Source of the DNA: an uncultured bacterium
Lineage (GTDB): Bacteria > Oederibacteriota > Oederibacteriia > Oederibacteriales > Oederibacteriaceae
Direction: 5' to 3'
Length of the DNA stretch: 64,000 nucleotides
Assembly: GCA_965112635.1 (NCBI GenBank)
Contig: OZ218778.1
Span: 437,807 to 501,806 of the forward strand
This document shows, piece after piece, positions 30,658 through 40,620 of this stretch. The position numbers and the translations under genes are program-made. The notes under the pieces were generated by a model. That model did not search any database. It worked only from the letters and a program-made list of their open reading frames with translations, and was not told the DNA's origin. Numbering within the stretch: the first letter of the stretch is position 1; each line of letters begins with the position of its first letter.

Positions 30658-31659
30658 TTATGCGTTGTTCTTTAGATAGATGATCGTGCTTCCTTCTTCT
30701 TCAAATTTGAAATCAACTTCCAGAAGGCCTTTCAACGCTTTCCTCACCGCGGATTTTTTTGACGGGTCCACGATAAAGGTCAGAAATCCGCCGCCGCCGG
30801 CTCCGGCGATCTTGCCGCCATAGGCTCCGGCTTTGACGGCGCGGCTGTAAGCCTGATCGATGAACTGGTTGGACACTTGTTTTGAAAGCGACTTTTTCAA
30901 CTCCCAGCCTTGTCGCATGAGTTTTCCCAGCGCGGACAGCATATGCTTCTCAGGTTCATCGGAAATGATCTTCACGGCCCTATCCACCATGCGGTACATT
31001 TCCTTAAGATATTCATCGTTCCTTTTAGCCTGGGTCCGCTCTATCTGCTCATGGAGCACCTCATGAGCTAGGCGTGTTTGGCCGGTATAAAAAACCATCA
31101 GAGAGCTTTCCAGGAGCTTGCGTTTCTCCCGGGTAATGATGAGCGGCTGGACTTTATACTCTGAGCCGCTGAACCGGATGATATTGATCCCCCCATAGGC
31201 GGCGAGGATCTGGTCCTGGAAGCCAACGTTTTCCCTGAGCATTTCATGCTCAACATACAGGGCGTCTTTGGCCAGTTGGTCCTTGGAAACGACCTTGCCT
31301 TCTGAAGCATAAAGAGCATGGAGGAAACCAACCGTAAACGCCGAGGAGGACCCCAGGCCCGACCGGGCCGGGAGATCGGCGAAGATATGGATATCAAGAT
31401 TGCCGCCGATCTTCTTGAATTTCAGGCATTCCCTCACGCTGGGATGTTCGATCTCCTGGATCGAATTGACCAACTCAGCTTTGGAATACCCTACTCTTAT
31501 CTTATGGTCAAAAAAATCACTTAAATAATTGAGACTGATATAGATGTACTTATTAATCGTAGTCCCCAGAACGGCCCCTTCGTTCCGGGAGAAATACTGC
31601 TTGTAGTCTGTGCCGCCGCCAAAAAAACTGATGCGGACCGGTGTCCTGGAAATGATCAA
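30658..31659 (-). CDS. GHMP-family sugar kinase (HddA-like D-glycero-D-manno-heptose 7-phosphate kinase / fucokinase-like)
   Basis: GHMP motifs PVRISFFGGGTD and ARSGLGSSSA (ATP-binding). The size and N-terminus resemble HddA. Confidence 0.7.
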   Translation of the reverse strand: MIISRTPVRISFFGGGTDYKQYFSRNEGAVLGTTINKYIYISLNYLSDFFDHKIRVGYSKAELVNSIQEIEHPSVRECLKFKKIGGNLDIHIFADLPARSGLGSSSAFTVGFLHALYASEGKVVSKDQLAKDALYVEHEMLRENVGFQDQILAAYGGINIIRFSGSEYKVQPLIITREKRKLLESSLMVFYTGQTRLAHEVLHEQIERTQAKRNDEYLKEMYRMVDRAVKIISDEPEKHMLSALGKLMRQGWELKKSLSKQVSNQFIDQAYSRAVKAGAYGGKIAGAGGGGFLTFIVDPSKKSAVRKALKGLLEVDFKFEEEGSTIIYLKNNA

Positions 31660-31734
31660 TGTGCCTCCTTGGGCTCTTTGAGCCTCATCGTTCTATCTCG
31701 ACTCATCAATATAACACCAATTTTCATTGCCTGG

Positions 31735-32991
31735 CTACCCCTTAGGGCCTTTGCCCATCCGGTCCACCAATAACTCGGCAAAAACAAAAGAACAGGTAAA
31801 AGCAGGTGAAATGGAGTTCAAGACGTGGGTGGAATCCGGGGTCTGCTCGATGACGTAATCCATTTCCAGGGAGCGGGTGCGGATATTGACAAGCTGGGGC
31901 CTGATTCCGACCTTGGAGGACGGGATAAGGTCATCCACGGCCAGTTCCGGCACTAGCCGTTGGGCTGACCTGAAAAAATTCGATTTCAGGTATTTTTTGA
32001 TCTCCGTATGGACCATCATCCTGAAATGGTGCTCGTTCTTGATATACATTCCGGCCAGCTGCCAGAGTATGCCTACGGATTCCACGGGCCTTATGCCCTC
32101 CAAAATGCCGTAATTTTCGCGCCCAAAAGCCGGGATGGAGGTCGGACCCACGAAGACATCCTCCCCGATCAGCCTGGTCAAATGCACCCCGAGAAAAGGG
32201 AGGAACAGATTGGGCACCGGATAGATATTATTCCTAACCAGGGTGCTTTTCTCCGGACGCAGCTTGTAATAAAGGCCCTTGAACGGAAGCAGGGTATAGT
32301 CCCCGGCCAGGCCGAATCTTTTCGCTATCACATCCGCGTAAGCCCCGGCGCAGTTGAAAAGGTATCCGTATCCGACAGCCCGGGAAGGCGTATAAACCAT
32401 TTTCTCTTTGGGCTTAATTTTGATGACGGTCTGGTTAAAATGGATCTCCACTCCGTTGGCTTTGAGTATCTCTTGCAGTTTATTCAGGACCGCGTGGATA
32501 TCAATGACCGATGTGTCCGGGCAGAAAATACCTTTGCGAAAAGGCCCGGCATGCGGCTCCAGTTCCCTGACTCCCTTCTCATTCAGCTCCACGGCGTTTA
32601 TATGACTTTCTTTGGCGTTGACCAGCAGTTTTTGTATCACCGGCAGGTCCTGCTCGCTGGTCGCGATGATCACCTTACCCGAACGCTTGCAGGGGATCTG
32701 GTATTCCTGGGCGAAGTCGCGCATTCTGGACGCCCCCGCGGCGCATAATTTCGCTTTAAGAGTGCTGCTGGAGTAATAGATACCGGAATGAAGCACCCCG
32801 CTGTTGCGGCCGCTGGCATGGGCCCCCAAATAACTTTCTTTTTCCAGGACGGCGATTTTTGACCCAGGAAACCTTTTTCTTAACTCCAGAGCGGCGGCCA
32901 GGCCGATGATGCCCGCGCCGACGATAAGGTAATCGTAATTTAATGAGCCGGATACAGATATGGGCGCGGGAGCGGCTTGAGGTTTATCCAA
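31735..32991 (-). CDS. FAD-dependent oxidoreductase (LhgO / L-2-hydroxyglutarate oxidase-like family)
   Basis: Dinucleotide-binding GxGxxG (DYLIVGAGIIGLAAA) and overall similarity to the LhgO/DAO family. The substrate is unknown. Confidence 0.65.
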   Translation of the reverse strand: MDKPQAAPAPISVSGSLNYDYLIVGAGIIGLAAALELRKRFPGSKIAVLEKESYLGAHASGRNSGVLHSGIYYSSSTLKAKLCAAGASRMRDFAQEYQIPCKRSGKVIIATSEQDLPVIQKLLVNAKESHINAVELNEKGVRELEPHAGPFRKGIFCPDTSVIDIHAVLNKLQEILKANGVEIHFNQTVIKIKPKEKMVYTPSRAVGYGYLFNCAGAYADVIAKRFGLAGDYTLLPFKGLYYKLRPEKSTLVRNNIYPVPNLFLPFLGVHLTRLIGEDVFVGPTSIPAFGRENYGILEGIRPVESVGILWQLAGMYIKNEHHFRMMVHTEIKKYLKSNFFRSAQRLVPELAVDDLIPSSKVGIRPQLVNIRTRSLEMDYVIEQTPDSTHVLNSISPAFTCSFVFAELLVDRMGKGPKG

Positions 32992-33006
32992 GGAAGTCAG
33001 CCTGTT

Positions 33007-33945
33007 TCAAACGTTGCCGTACTTGGTATTTTTGATCATGGTATAACCTTTGATTAACTCGCCGATGCCGAAATCCAGGGAATGGGTAGTTTTAAAGCCT
33101 ACTTTCTCTATTTTTGCGTTAGAAACGATGTAATTCCGCTGGTCCGGGTCTTTGCCTACCGGAGCCTCCAAAAACACGAAGTCCGGAAGATGTTTTTTGA
33201 TCACCTCGCATAACTCTTTTTTGGAAACATTGGCCTCCGACAAACCCACATTATAGATTTGCCCTTTCATCTTTTCAAAATTAGCCAGGCCGAATTGGAA
33301 AACGCGGGATACATCCCGGATATGGACATAGTTGCGCTTAAAATGGGCTTCGAACAGGACCACGAACCGGTCATAGACCGCCCTGTAGGTGAAGTCATTG
33401 ACCAGCAGATCGATCCTCATTCTCGGAGACATACCGAATACCGTGGCCAGCCTGAAGCTGACGGCGTTGGGGTGTTGCATCAGCGCTTTTTCCACCTCCA
33501 CTTTTTCTATGGCGTACTGCGAGATCGGGTTCAGCGGCGAGGTCTCGTCGCAGTAATTATTCTTATCGCCCGTGCCGTAGGCGCTGTTCGTGGTCGGCAT
33601 CAAGACCCGCTGTTCCCTGCTCAAATTTTTCAGCATCATTAAAACAGCGTCGCGGTTTGTGGTCATAGCGCCGACCGGGTCCTGATTGCACAGGGGAGCC
33701 CCAACCAAAGCCGCGAGAGGAATGACGATATCGGCCTTCTTGATCAGGGGCAAAACCACCCTGTCCATTCTCACGTCGCCCCGGACCACGCTAAAGTTCG
33801 GGTCGACACATAACTGCGCCAGGCTGTTCTGGCCGTACAAAAAACTGTCCAGGACAGTGACTTTATGTCCCAGGGCCAGTAGTTCCGGCACCAGAATGGA
33901 CCCGATATAGCCTGCTCCACCCGTGACAAGGATGTTAGTACCCAC
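33007..33945 (-). CDS. NAD-dependent NDP-sugar epimerase/dehydratase (SDR family)
   Basis: VTGGAGYIGS Rossmann motif and YAIEK catalytic motif. Confidence 0.75.
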   Translation of the reverse strand: MGTNILVTGGAGYIGSILVPELLALGHKVTVLDSFLYGQNSLAQLCVDPNFSVVRGDVRMDRVVLPLIKKADIVIPLAALVGAPLCNQDPVGAMTTNRDAVLMMLKNLSREQRVLMPTTNSAYGTGDKNNYCDETSPLNPISQYAIEKVEVEKALMQHPNAVSFRLATVFGMSPRMRIDLLVNDFTYRAVYDRFVVLFEAHFKRNYVHIRDVSRVFQFGLANFEKMKGQIYNVGLSEANVSKKELCEVIKKHLPDFVFLEAPVGKDPDQRNYIVSNAKIEKVGFKTTHSLDFGIGELIKGYTMIKNTKYGNV

Positions 33946-33978
33946 GATTCTTCCTCCGATCTAAAAAAAGAATGATAA

Positions 33979-34926
33979 CTATTTTCTGGATATTTTAGCA
34001 ACATCCTCTGGCTTCAGGTAAGCCTTTTCTTCGTAAAACCATTTTATTGTGCTTTCCAAACCTTCCCGTAAAGACATGAGTTTATAGGAGGGCAATAAGG
34101 ATTTCGCCTTATCGATAATTAAGCACTTTGACACCACTCCCACATACCGGGTGGTATCATATTGGATTTTATCGGCCGGATAATCAACGATCTCGCAGAT
34201 ATGCCGGGCAAACTCACGGATGGAATATTCTTCACCTGCCCCTATATTAACAAGATCATTATCTCGGGTCGCATTAAGCTGGCAAAGCAGCCGGATAAAG
34301 TCCGACAAATGGACCAACTCCCGCTTTTGGTGCCCGTCTCCCCATAATACAACAGGCTCTTTAAACTCCTTGCCCCGGATGATCTTCCGGATCAGGTCAA
34401 AAATGAAATGCATCTGCCGGCCGTCGTTATGATAGCCAGAACCATACAGGGTGGATGGGATCGCGCAAAGGTAGCGGAGGCCGTATTGTTTGTTCAGGGA
34501 GAGTAAACCCTGATAAAGCATGCGCTTGGTCATGGCATAGGTGTAAAGGCTTGCGATGGGCTCCCCAAGAAGGTAGTTTTGTTCTTTTAATTCCATACCC
34601 GGCGCGTAAGAACAACTTGTCCCCATGCAGATCATTTTAGCTTGTGGCTGGTATTGCTGCCACCAGGCCAGGACATGGGTATTGATCAGTTGGTTGATGA
34701 CCCATTGTTCTCCGGGATGTTTCAGACAAAAATCCCCGGCCTGCGTCCACGCCGCGAGATGGAATATTTGATCAAAAGTTCCCTTGACGGTTTTTTCCAG
34801 GCTGCCCTGTATGGTCAGATCGCAGTTCTTGGAATTAAGCCGGGTGACACTATGCCCTTCTTGGTCTAAATATTTACAGAGGGATTTCCCTAAAAAACCA
34901 GAGGCGCCGGTTACAACGATCTTCAT
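33979..34926 (-). CDS. GDP-L-fucose synthase-like GDP-4-keto-6-deoxyhexose epimerase/reductase
   Basis: VTGASGFLG..., IFHLAAW, MGTSCSYAPG (compare Fcl GSSCIYP) and YAMTK catalytic motif. Adjacent to the second C-methyltransferase, with gmd in the same block. Confidence 0.7.
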   Translation of the reverse strand: MKIVVTGASGFLGKSLCKYLDQEGHSVTRLNSKNCDLTIQGSLEKTVKGTFDQIFHLAAWTQAGDFCLKHPGEQWVINQLINTHVLAWWQQYQPQAKMICMGTSCSYAPGMELKEQNYLLGEPIASLYTYAMTKRMLYQGLLSLNKQYGLRYLCAIPSTLYGSGYHNDGRQMHFIFDLIRKIIRGKEFKEPVVLWGDGHQKRELVHLSDFIRLLCQLNATRDNDLVNIGAGEEYSIREFARHICEIVDYPADKIQYDTTRYVGVVSKCLIIDKAKSLLPSYKLMSLREGLESTIKWFYEEKAYLKPEDVAKISRK

Positions 34927-34928
34927 GA

Positions 34929-36131
34929 TTAGTTCTCTTTCGGATTGACGGGAAAATAGAATTGTATCCCCCGCTCTACGAGGTTCTTATTGTTTTCCAA
35001 TATTTCTTTTTTAAAATTCCACGCCAGGACATAATAGACATCGGGTAGTTCTTTAAGCTCTTTCTCTATGACCACCGGAATATGCATACCTGGTGAATAT
35101 AGGTTGCGCCTCAATTCGTTTTTTTCCACCAGACAGTCGATCATATCTGTCCCCACTCCGAAGTAATTCAGCATGGTATTACCTTTGACGGGAGCGCCAA
35201 AGCCGAATATTTTTTTCCCAGAACGCTTGGCCTGGCTTAAAAACTCCAGATTTTCTTTTTTCATCCTCTGGATGCGGCGGTAAAACTCCTGATAGGTTTC
35301 GATGCGATTGAACTCCGCCTCTTCTTCCAATTGCCGCATTTTTTTAAGATTTTGGCTTATCTCTTTTTTGCCGCGGTGCGTGACATACCCCACGATGGAG
35401 CCGCCATGGATCGGGTGCAGTTGGGCGTCGAACATTTCTAGTCCATGTCGGCTCAACAGGATCTCAATGGTTTTCAGGGTATAGTAAAGCAAGTGTTCAT
35501 GATAGACCTGGTCAAAAGCCAGGTTCTCCACTATATTTTTCATATATAGGAATTGAACAACAAAAACACCGTTTTCTTTAAGACCCTCTCTGATTCCATC
35601 CGTCACGGAATGAAGCTCTTCCAGATGGAAGAAAACCCCGGCAGCATTGATAACATCGAATTTCCTTCCGATCTGTTTCATGGTCTCAAGATTGAAAAAC
35701 TGGTTCAGGGTGGGCACGCCTGCGTCCACTGCTATTTTGGCAGTGGTCTTGGAGGATTCCACCCCCAGAACCTCATAACCTAGCTTCTGGAAATGTTTGA
35801 GCTGGGTACCGTCATTGGAGCCTATATCCAGGACCGACTTGGCCGGGGTCGTCTTAAAAAACTTCTCATCCACTTCCACAGCCGTCCTGCGAAAATGTTC
35901 ACCTAGTGATTTGGTCACTCCGGAAAGATAGGTATGGTCCCCGAACATGATCTCTTTTTTGACCGTGTAATCAAGCTGCACCGTGGAGCACTTATGGCAA
36001 AACAGAAGATGGAGAGGATAAAAAGGCTCCTTGCCTACTTCCTCTTTTTTCAAGAAATGGTTGCACCAGGGTTGAGACCCCAGGTCTACAACAAGCTCTA
36101 GTTTGTCGGAATCACAGACACGGCAGTTCAT
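34929..36131 (-). CDS. NDP-hexose C-methyltransferase (TylCIII/EvaC type), copy 2, in the GDP-sugar branch
   Basis: The architecture matches 19528..20763: Zn-binding CRVCDS...CHKC, MTase motif I VLDIGSNDG, and the C-terminal C-methyltransferase domain. Confidence 0.75.
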   Translation of the reverse strand: MNCRVCDSDKLELVVDLGSQPWCNHFLKKEEVGKEPFYPLHLLFCHKCSTVQLDYTVKKEIMFGDHTYLSGVTKSLGEHFRRTAVEVDEKFFKTTPAKSVLDIGSNDGTQLKHFQKLGYEVLGVESSKTTAKIAVDAGVPTLNQFFNLETMKQIGRKFDVINAAGVFFHLEELHSVTDGIREGLKENGVFVVQFLYMKNIVENLAFDQVYHEHLLYYTLKTIEILLSRHGLEMFDAQLHPIHGGSIVGYVTHRGKKEISQNLKKMRQLEEEAEFNRIETYQEFYRRIQRMKKENLEFLSQAKRSGKKIFGFGAPVKGNTMLNYFGVGTDMIDCLVEKNELRRNLYSPGMHIPVVIEKELKELPDVYYVLAWNFKKEILENNKNLVERGIQFYFPVNPKEN

Positions 36132-36186
36132 GATTTTCTCCCATGAAACAGGATAGTGTGTTTTAGTTCGGATTTTAAAATTGCTT

Positions 36187-37125
36187 TTATCTTGATGACT
36201 TTTTCAGGATCAAATGCATCCCGTAACCATCATCAGGATGCCAGTCCTTTAAGCCTAACCCGTTGCCCCTGACCATATCCTGGGTTTCAAAAGGATGATT
36301 GGTTTCCAGCGTAAATCCCCGGTCCAGAAAGTATTTTTTCCACCATTCGCTGGATTTCAAAGTCCTGTGATAGATACCTCCGATGACAGGATTCTCATCG
36401 GGGAGCAGATCAATGGAACAAACAAAATACCCTCCGGGTTTTAAATGAGTCCTGATATTTCTTACCAATTGCTCCAGATCAGGCTCGGCGATATGTTCGA
36501 CCACTTCCCACGCTGTGATCATGTCAAAGAGCGCTTTTTTATTATGACCTGTATAAACCTGGAAGGGTTTTGATAGGTCACAGGTAAAAAGATGATTGGG
36601 TATGGTATCCCATTCACCGGACCGGAACCTTCGGGAAACATCCGAACCCTCAAGACCTATGGCTGTATAGCCATCCTCCAAAATGGATTTTACGAAACCG
36701 CCTCCCGAACAGCCCAGGTCAAGCAGATGAATATCTTCACGATATCCAAATAACTCATAAAGCTTTAAATTGAATCTATAGTTTTTGGAATTATCATGCA
36801 TCGTACCGCGCGGAAATTTATGGTCATCGCTTGTATAAGCCACGGGGTAATTGGTTTTTATTTTGAAAATTTCTTGTGGATTTAATTTATAGTACAAGAA
36901 ATAGTTGTTTTTCCATAATGTATTGGCCAACTGCTCAAATTTGGTCAAACGCCGCGCCGATATCAGGCGGTCAAGCAGTGATAGGACAAAAAAGAAAAGA
37001 CCCGTCACCACCGGCGGTTTGTGGATCAACAGCCACCCTTTGAGGATCCTGTAATATTTGTTCAATAAACGGATCAAAACCAGTTTCAAGGATGCATCCT
37101 TCCATTCAGAAATCCCTAGCTTCAT
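36187..37125 (-). CDS. Class I SAM-dependent methyltransferase with an N-terminal membrane anchor
   Basis: An N-terminal TM segment, then motif I LLDLGCSGGGF and post-I WEVVEHIAEPD. Confidence 0.7.
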   Translation of the reverse strand: MKLGISEWKDASLKLVLIRLLNKYYRILKGWLLIHKPPVVTGLFFFVLSLLDRLISARRLTKFEQLANTLWKNNYFLYYKLNPQEIFKIKTNYPVAYTSDDHKFPRGTMHDNSKNYRFNLKLYELFGYREDIHLLDLGCSGGGFVKSILEDGYTAIGLEGSDVSRRFRSGEWDTIPNHLFTCDLSKPFQVYTGHNKKALFDMITAWEVVEHIAEPDLEQLVRNIRTHLKPGGYFVCSIDLLPDENPVIGGIYHRTLKSSEWWKKYFLDRGFTLETNHPFETQDMVRGNGLGLKDWHPDDGYGMHLILKKSSR

Positions 37126-37143
37126 TCTAATACCTGACTTGTC

Positions 37144-39660
37144 CTATTCAACCTTTATATTAGCCAGCCAGGACTGGCCCCATGGCGCCCCGGGGTTTCT
37201 GCCCATCGTCGCAATGGATAGAGTACCCGCACCCTGACCTTTGGGTAAAGATATTTTAAATGCCTGGCGCCCCTGGTCTTTTTTGAATTGCACAGGCATG
37301 AGCATGCGCTCAAAAAGTACCTTTGACACCGGACCTTTCTTCATGAACGAGACCTTGAACTTCACACCGTCTGTCTGCCCGCCGTCGGAATAGGCGCTCG
37401 GCAAAAGACCAAAATCCCCGCTCAGGGTCTTTTCCGTACCGTTTAGATGAAATCGGATTTCTCCAGGGGCATGGACCAGGAGCACTTGGTCATCCCCGAT
37501 TTCATGTATATCAACGGGGAACGGGGAATCAATGAGATAAGGAGCGATATTGAAACCGGGATAGAAGTGCAGTAACAGATCACGACCGATTTTCATGTTT
37601 GCTTCACGAGGCCTATCCGCCTCATAAAAAGTCACCTGGAACTTGTCTGTTTTATAAAATCTGGCCATTCTCGGCTCAACTTTCAAATCCAATGACCGCA
37701 CTTCCCGCGGGCTGCGGCCATACAAGATCCTGACCAGATCGGCATTGTCCCTGAGCATCCAGCTCACCATGACCGGCATCCGCATCAGGGTGGGTATGAT
37801 CCGGTAGTTCCACTCAGCATGTTCGCCGTTACACTTCATGGTTAAAGAAAGCATGGGTGGCTTATAAAATACAGACCTCAGTTTGCCAAGCCAGTTCAGG
37901 TCCAGCTGAGCCGTGGCATAAAGGACCTTATCCGGAGCTGTTACGGGCAAAGAAACGGGGTTATCGGGAAGAAGGGCGGCGGAAGATATCATTTTTAGTT
38001 CCCTGCCCGGGTCGGGCCGGGCTTTTTGCCTGAATAATAAAAATCCCTTTTCAGCTAGGACGGGTTCGTAAATATCCAGGATAGCTCTCAGGGCCAGGGC
38101 GTCATCCTGCGCCAAAAGCCGGTAGTCAATGGTCGCCATCTTAAATAAAAAATATTTCGGCCGCTTACCGGGGTCAAGAACATGATCTCGGTTTATCCTT
38201 TCCAAGGTGTCGTTAAAAGTATTAAAAGTCACGGACATGGGGAGGGGACGATAATTAAGCCCGTTGAGCATGACAACACCCTCTTCACAGCCGAAAAAAT
38301 CTATGGTTTCGTTCCCCACTATTTTTCGTACTAGGGGAAGATTGAATTTTTGCCTGTTGATATCCAATCTTTTATCCAGGTCTTTTTTTAGTTCCCTGAT
38401 GCCGATGACATGGGCCACATTATCTTTCAAGGTAATGAAGGGCTGGCTCATGAGATGTCCCAGGTTCATCCTGCCTTCCGTGACCCCGATCAGCGCAAAA
38501 AAGATGCACGCAAGGCAGAGCACTGGCTCAACATAGCTCTTGAAACGCATGCGGCTGCTGCGCCAATCGCTTGGTGGCCCCGCCTGAAGGCCATTGTTTC
38601 CCCTGACAACCAGATCGATGAGGGCGGCAATGACAGCGAACCTGAAAAAAAATTGCACATGCGCATCGGCTCTGACGAATCCATGTTTCCAATCTAGAAA
38701 GGTGCAAAATAACAGCAACAGGCATATCATAACTTTTTGCTTGTTTTGATAGTTGGTTATCCCTGTCCAACATATCAATAGGATCAGAAAAAATAGGGTG
38801 GCTATCCCTGTATTGAAGATATTATTCCCTTCTTGCAAAGACATAGCATCGTTATATCCAGAGGTCATGTATTTGATCCCCATGAAATATTGTGGAATGT
38901 GTAAAAGATTTTGTCCGGCAAAAACCCAGGACACCACAAAAACAGACGCAAAAGCGGCCAAGAGACCTGGTATGAACCGTTTTCGGCCCTGCAAAACATA
39001 AAGTGTGCAGACGAGAGCCAGGGTGAATCCTGCCATGGTAAGGAGAGTCCCCTTACAAAGCGGAAGAAACCCTAAAAAACCGGCTACGAGATAGTTGGGC
39101 CATGGTCTTTCGTTTATTTTTGGGTGCTGAATGAGAAAAATACCGGCAAAAAGGATGCAGGAATCGTAGTAAAGATCAGGCGGCCATCTTAAGGCAATGA
39201 ACGGAAGCAACCATATCCATCTCAAAAATCGAAGCGGGGATTCAAGGATGAACATAATGACCAGAAATGCCAGGGCTCCCTGCACCAAAAGTTCCAAGAT
39301 CATGCGGGTCCAGAATAAATATCCGGCATAGACATATCCGAACATGACAAATCCGTATGGTCCTATGATATGCAAAACATCGGTGCCATATTGAAAATGA
39401 TTGAAAGTAAAGTAGGAGTACGCCGCAGCATTGGAAGAATCAAGAGAATTGTCCAGCACCAGATAGGGAGAGTTGTAAAAGAAGAGAGTCAAAACAAACC
39501 ATAACAATACTACGGCTGAACCGGTAATGACTTTATGACGAAAAAGGTTCACAGGAAACAATCCTGAATATTTTTGTTTCATCTTTCCCTCAAACTCCTC
39601 TTTCATATTGTTATTTGATCCGCATATGAACCCATTAGGACTAATCCAAGCTGGTTTCAC
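37144..39660 (-). CDS. 838-aa polytopic membrane protein with a large C-terminal extracytoplasmic domain (candidate GT-C-like glycosyltransferase / oligosaccharyltransferase)
   Basis: About 13 hydrophobic helices fill the N-terminal 400 aa, followed by a soluble ~430-aa domain. No recognisable family motif such as WWDYG is present. The call rests on architecture and locus context only. Confidence 0.4.
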   Translation of the reverse strand: MKPAWISPNGFICGSNNNMKEEFEGKMKQKYSGLFPVNLFRHKVITGSAVVLLWFVLTLFFYNSPYLVLDNSLDSSNAAAYSYFTFNHFQYGTDVLHIIGPYGFVMFGYVYAGYLFWTRMILELLVQGALAFLVIMFILESPLRFLRWIWLLPFIALRWPPDLYYDSCILFAGIFLIQHPKINERPWPNYLVAGFLGFLPLCKGTLLTMAGFTLALVCTLYVLQGRKRFIPGLLAAFASVFVVSWVFAGQNLLHIPQYFMGIKYMTSGYNDAMSLQEGNNIFNTGIATLFFLILLICWTGITNYQNKQKVMICLLLLFCTFLDWKHGFVRADAHVQFFFRFAVIAALIDLVVRGNNGLQAGPPSDWRSSRMRFKSYVEPVLCLACIFFALIGVTEGRMNLGHLMSQPFITLKDNVAHVIGIRELKKDLDKRLDINRQKFNLPLVRKIVGNETIDFFGCEEGVVMLNGLNYRPLPMSVTFNTFNDTLERINRDHVLDPGKRPKYFLFKMATIDYRLLAQDDALALRAILDIYEPVLAEKGFLLFRQKARPDPGRELKMISSAALLPDNPVSLPVTAPDKVLYATAQLDLNWLGKLRSVFYKPPMLSLTMKCNGEHAEWNYRIIPTLMRMPVMVSWMLRDNADLVRILYGRSPREVRSLDLKVEPRMARFYKTDKFQVTFYEADRPREANMKIGRDLLLHFYPGFNIAPYLIDSPFPVDIHEIGDDQVLLVHAPGEIRFHLNGTEKTLSGDFGLLPSAYSDGGQTDGVKFKVSFMKKGPVSKVLFERMLMPVQFKKDQGRQAFKISLPKGQGAGTLSIATMGRNPGAPWGQSWLANIKVE

Positions 39661-39736
39661 GGGGAATTAAGAACATACGGCACAGGCCCGCATCTACATA
39701 TTGTCATTCAGTTAGTGATCCTAGATGCCTGCTCGA

Positions 39737-40495
39737 TTACTTCCTGTAGCTTTCCAAAACCTTAAAAACACCCAAACAGGCGCGAAAACCTTCAAAAAAA
39801 TATCGGACCGGAGGGAGACCCCGGCTTTTACCGTATTTTCTTTCTCGATGCGTAATATAAATTTGTTTTATGGAATAATTCTCGAATTGGCATCTCAAAA
39901 ATAGTTCGGTGTTCAACAGGGTGGGCATACAATTCACCTGCGGCAGAATTTCTTTAATGACCTCTGCTTTTATCAATCGGAAAGCTGAATTGATATCAAA
40001 ATAATTGACATGAGCGATCATACATGTAATCTGATTAAAAAGTCCTGAAAAAAAACGCCTGAAGAAAGAATCTTTGCGCCCGAACTTGGCCCCATGAACA
40101 ACGTCATAGGCCGGTATATACTTAGCAAGCTTCCAAAAATCAGCCGCCACGTATTGGCCGTCCGAATCGGTAAAAAAAACAAGAGGACACCTGGCCTCGC
40201 TATAAAGTCTTCTAGCCGAAGGGCCGAATCCATCCTTGGTATCGTGATAATTCACTCGGATAAAAGGGTATTTTTTACACAAACGCGCCAGGATCTCCCT
40301 GGTGCCGTCCGTGCTGAGAGCCTCGTCAAAAACAAATTCCGAGCCCTTGGGAAGATATTGAAAAACGTCCCTCACCCATTCCTCAACCACGTCTTCTATG
40401 ATATCCGCCTCGTTGTGCACGGGCATCAGAACCGACACGGGAAGACTTATCCTTGTTTTACTGGTAGCATGGTATTTCTTCAAGTAAAACCTCAT
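39737..40495 (-). CDS. Family 2 glycosyltransferase
   Basis: SVLMPVHNEADII...DEALSTDGT...FFTDSDGQ motifs. Confidence 0.75.
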   Translation of the reverse strand: MRFYLKKYHATSKTRISLPVSVLMPVHNEADIIEDVVEEWVRDVFQYLPKGSEFVFDEALSTDGTREILARLCKKYPFIRVNYHDTKDGFGPSARRLYSEARCPLVFFTDSDGQYVAADFWKLAKYIPAYDVVHGAKFGRKDSFFRRFFSGLFNQITCMIAHVNYFDINSAFRLIKAEVIKEILPQVNCMPTLLNTELFLRCQFENYSIKQIYITHRERKYGKSRGLPPVRYFFEGFRACLGVFKVLESYRK

Positions 40496-40620
40496 CCATT
40501 AATTTTTTATGGATCAATTACATAATTTTAATTGCTTGGTTTAAATATTCAATATTATTCAACTAACAAAAGAACCTTATGGGCAATTACTTACGCCTCC
40601 CCCCGGAGAGAACTTGCTGC

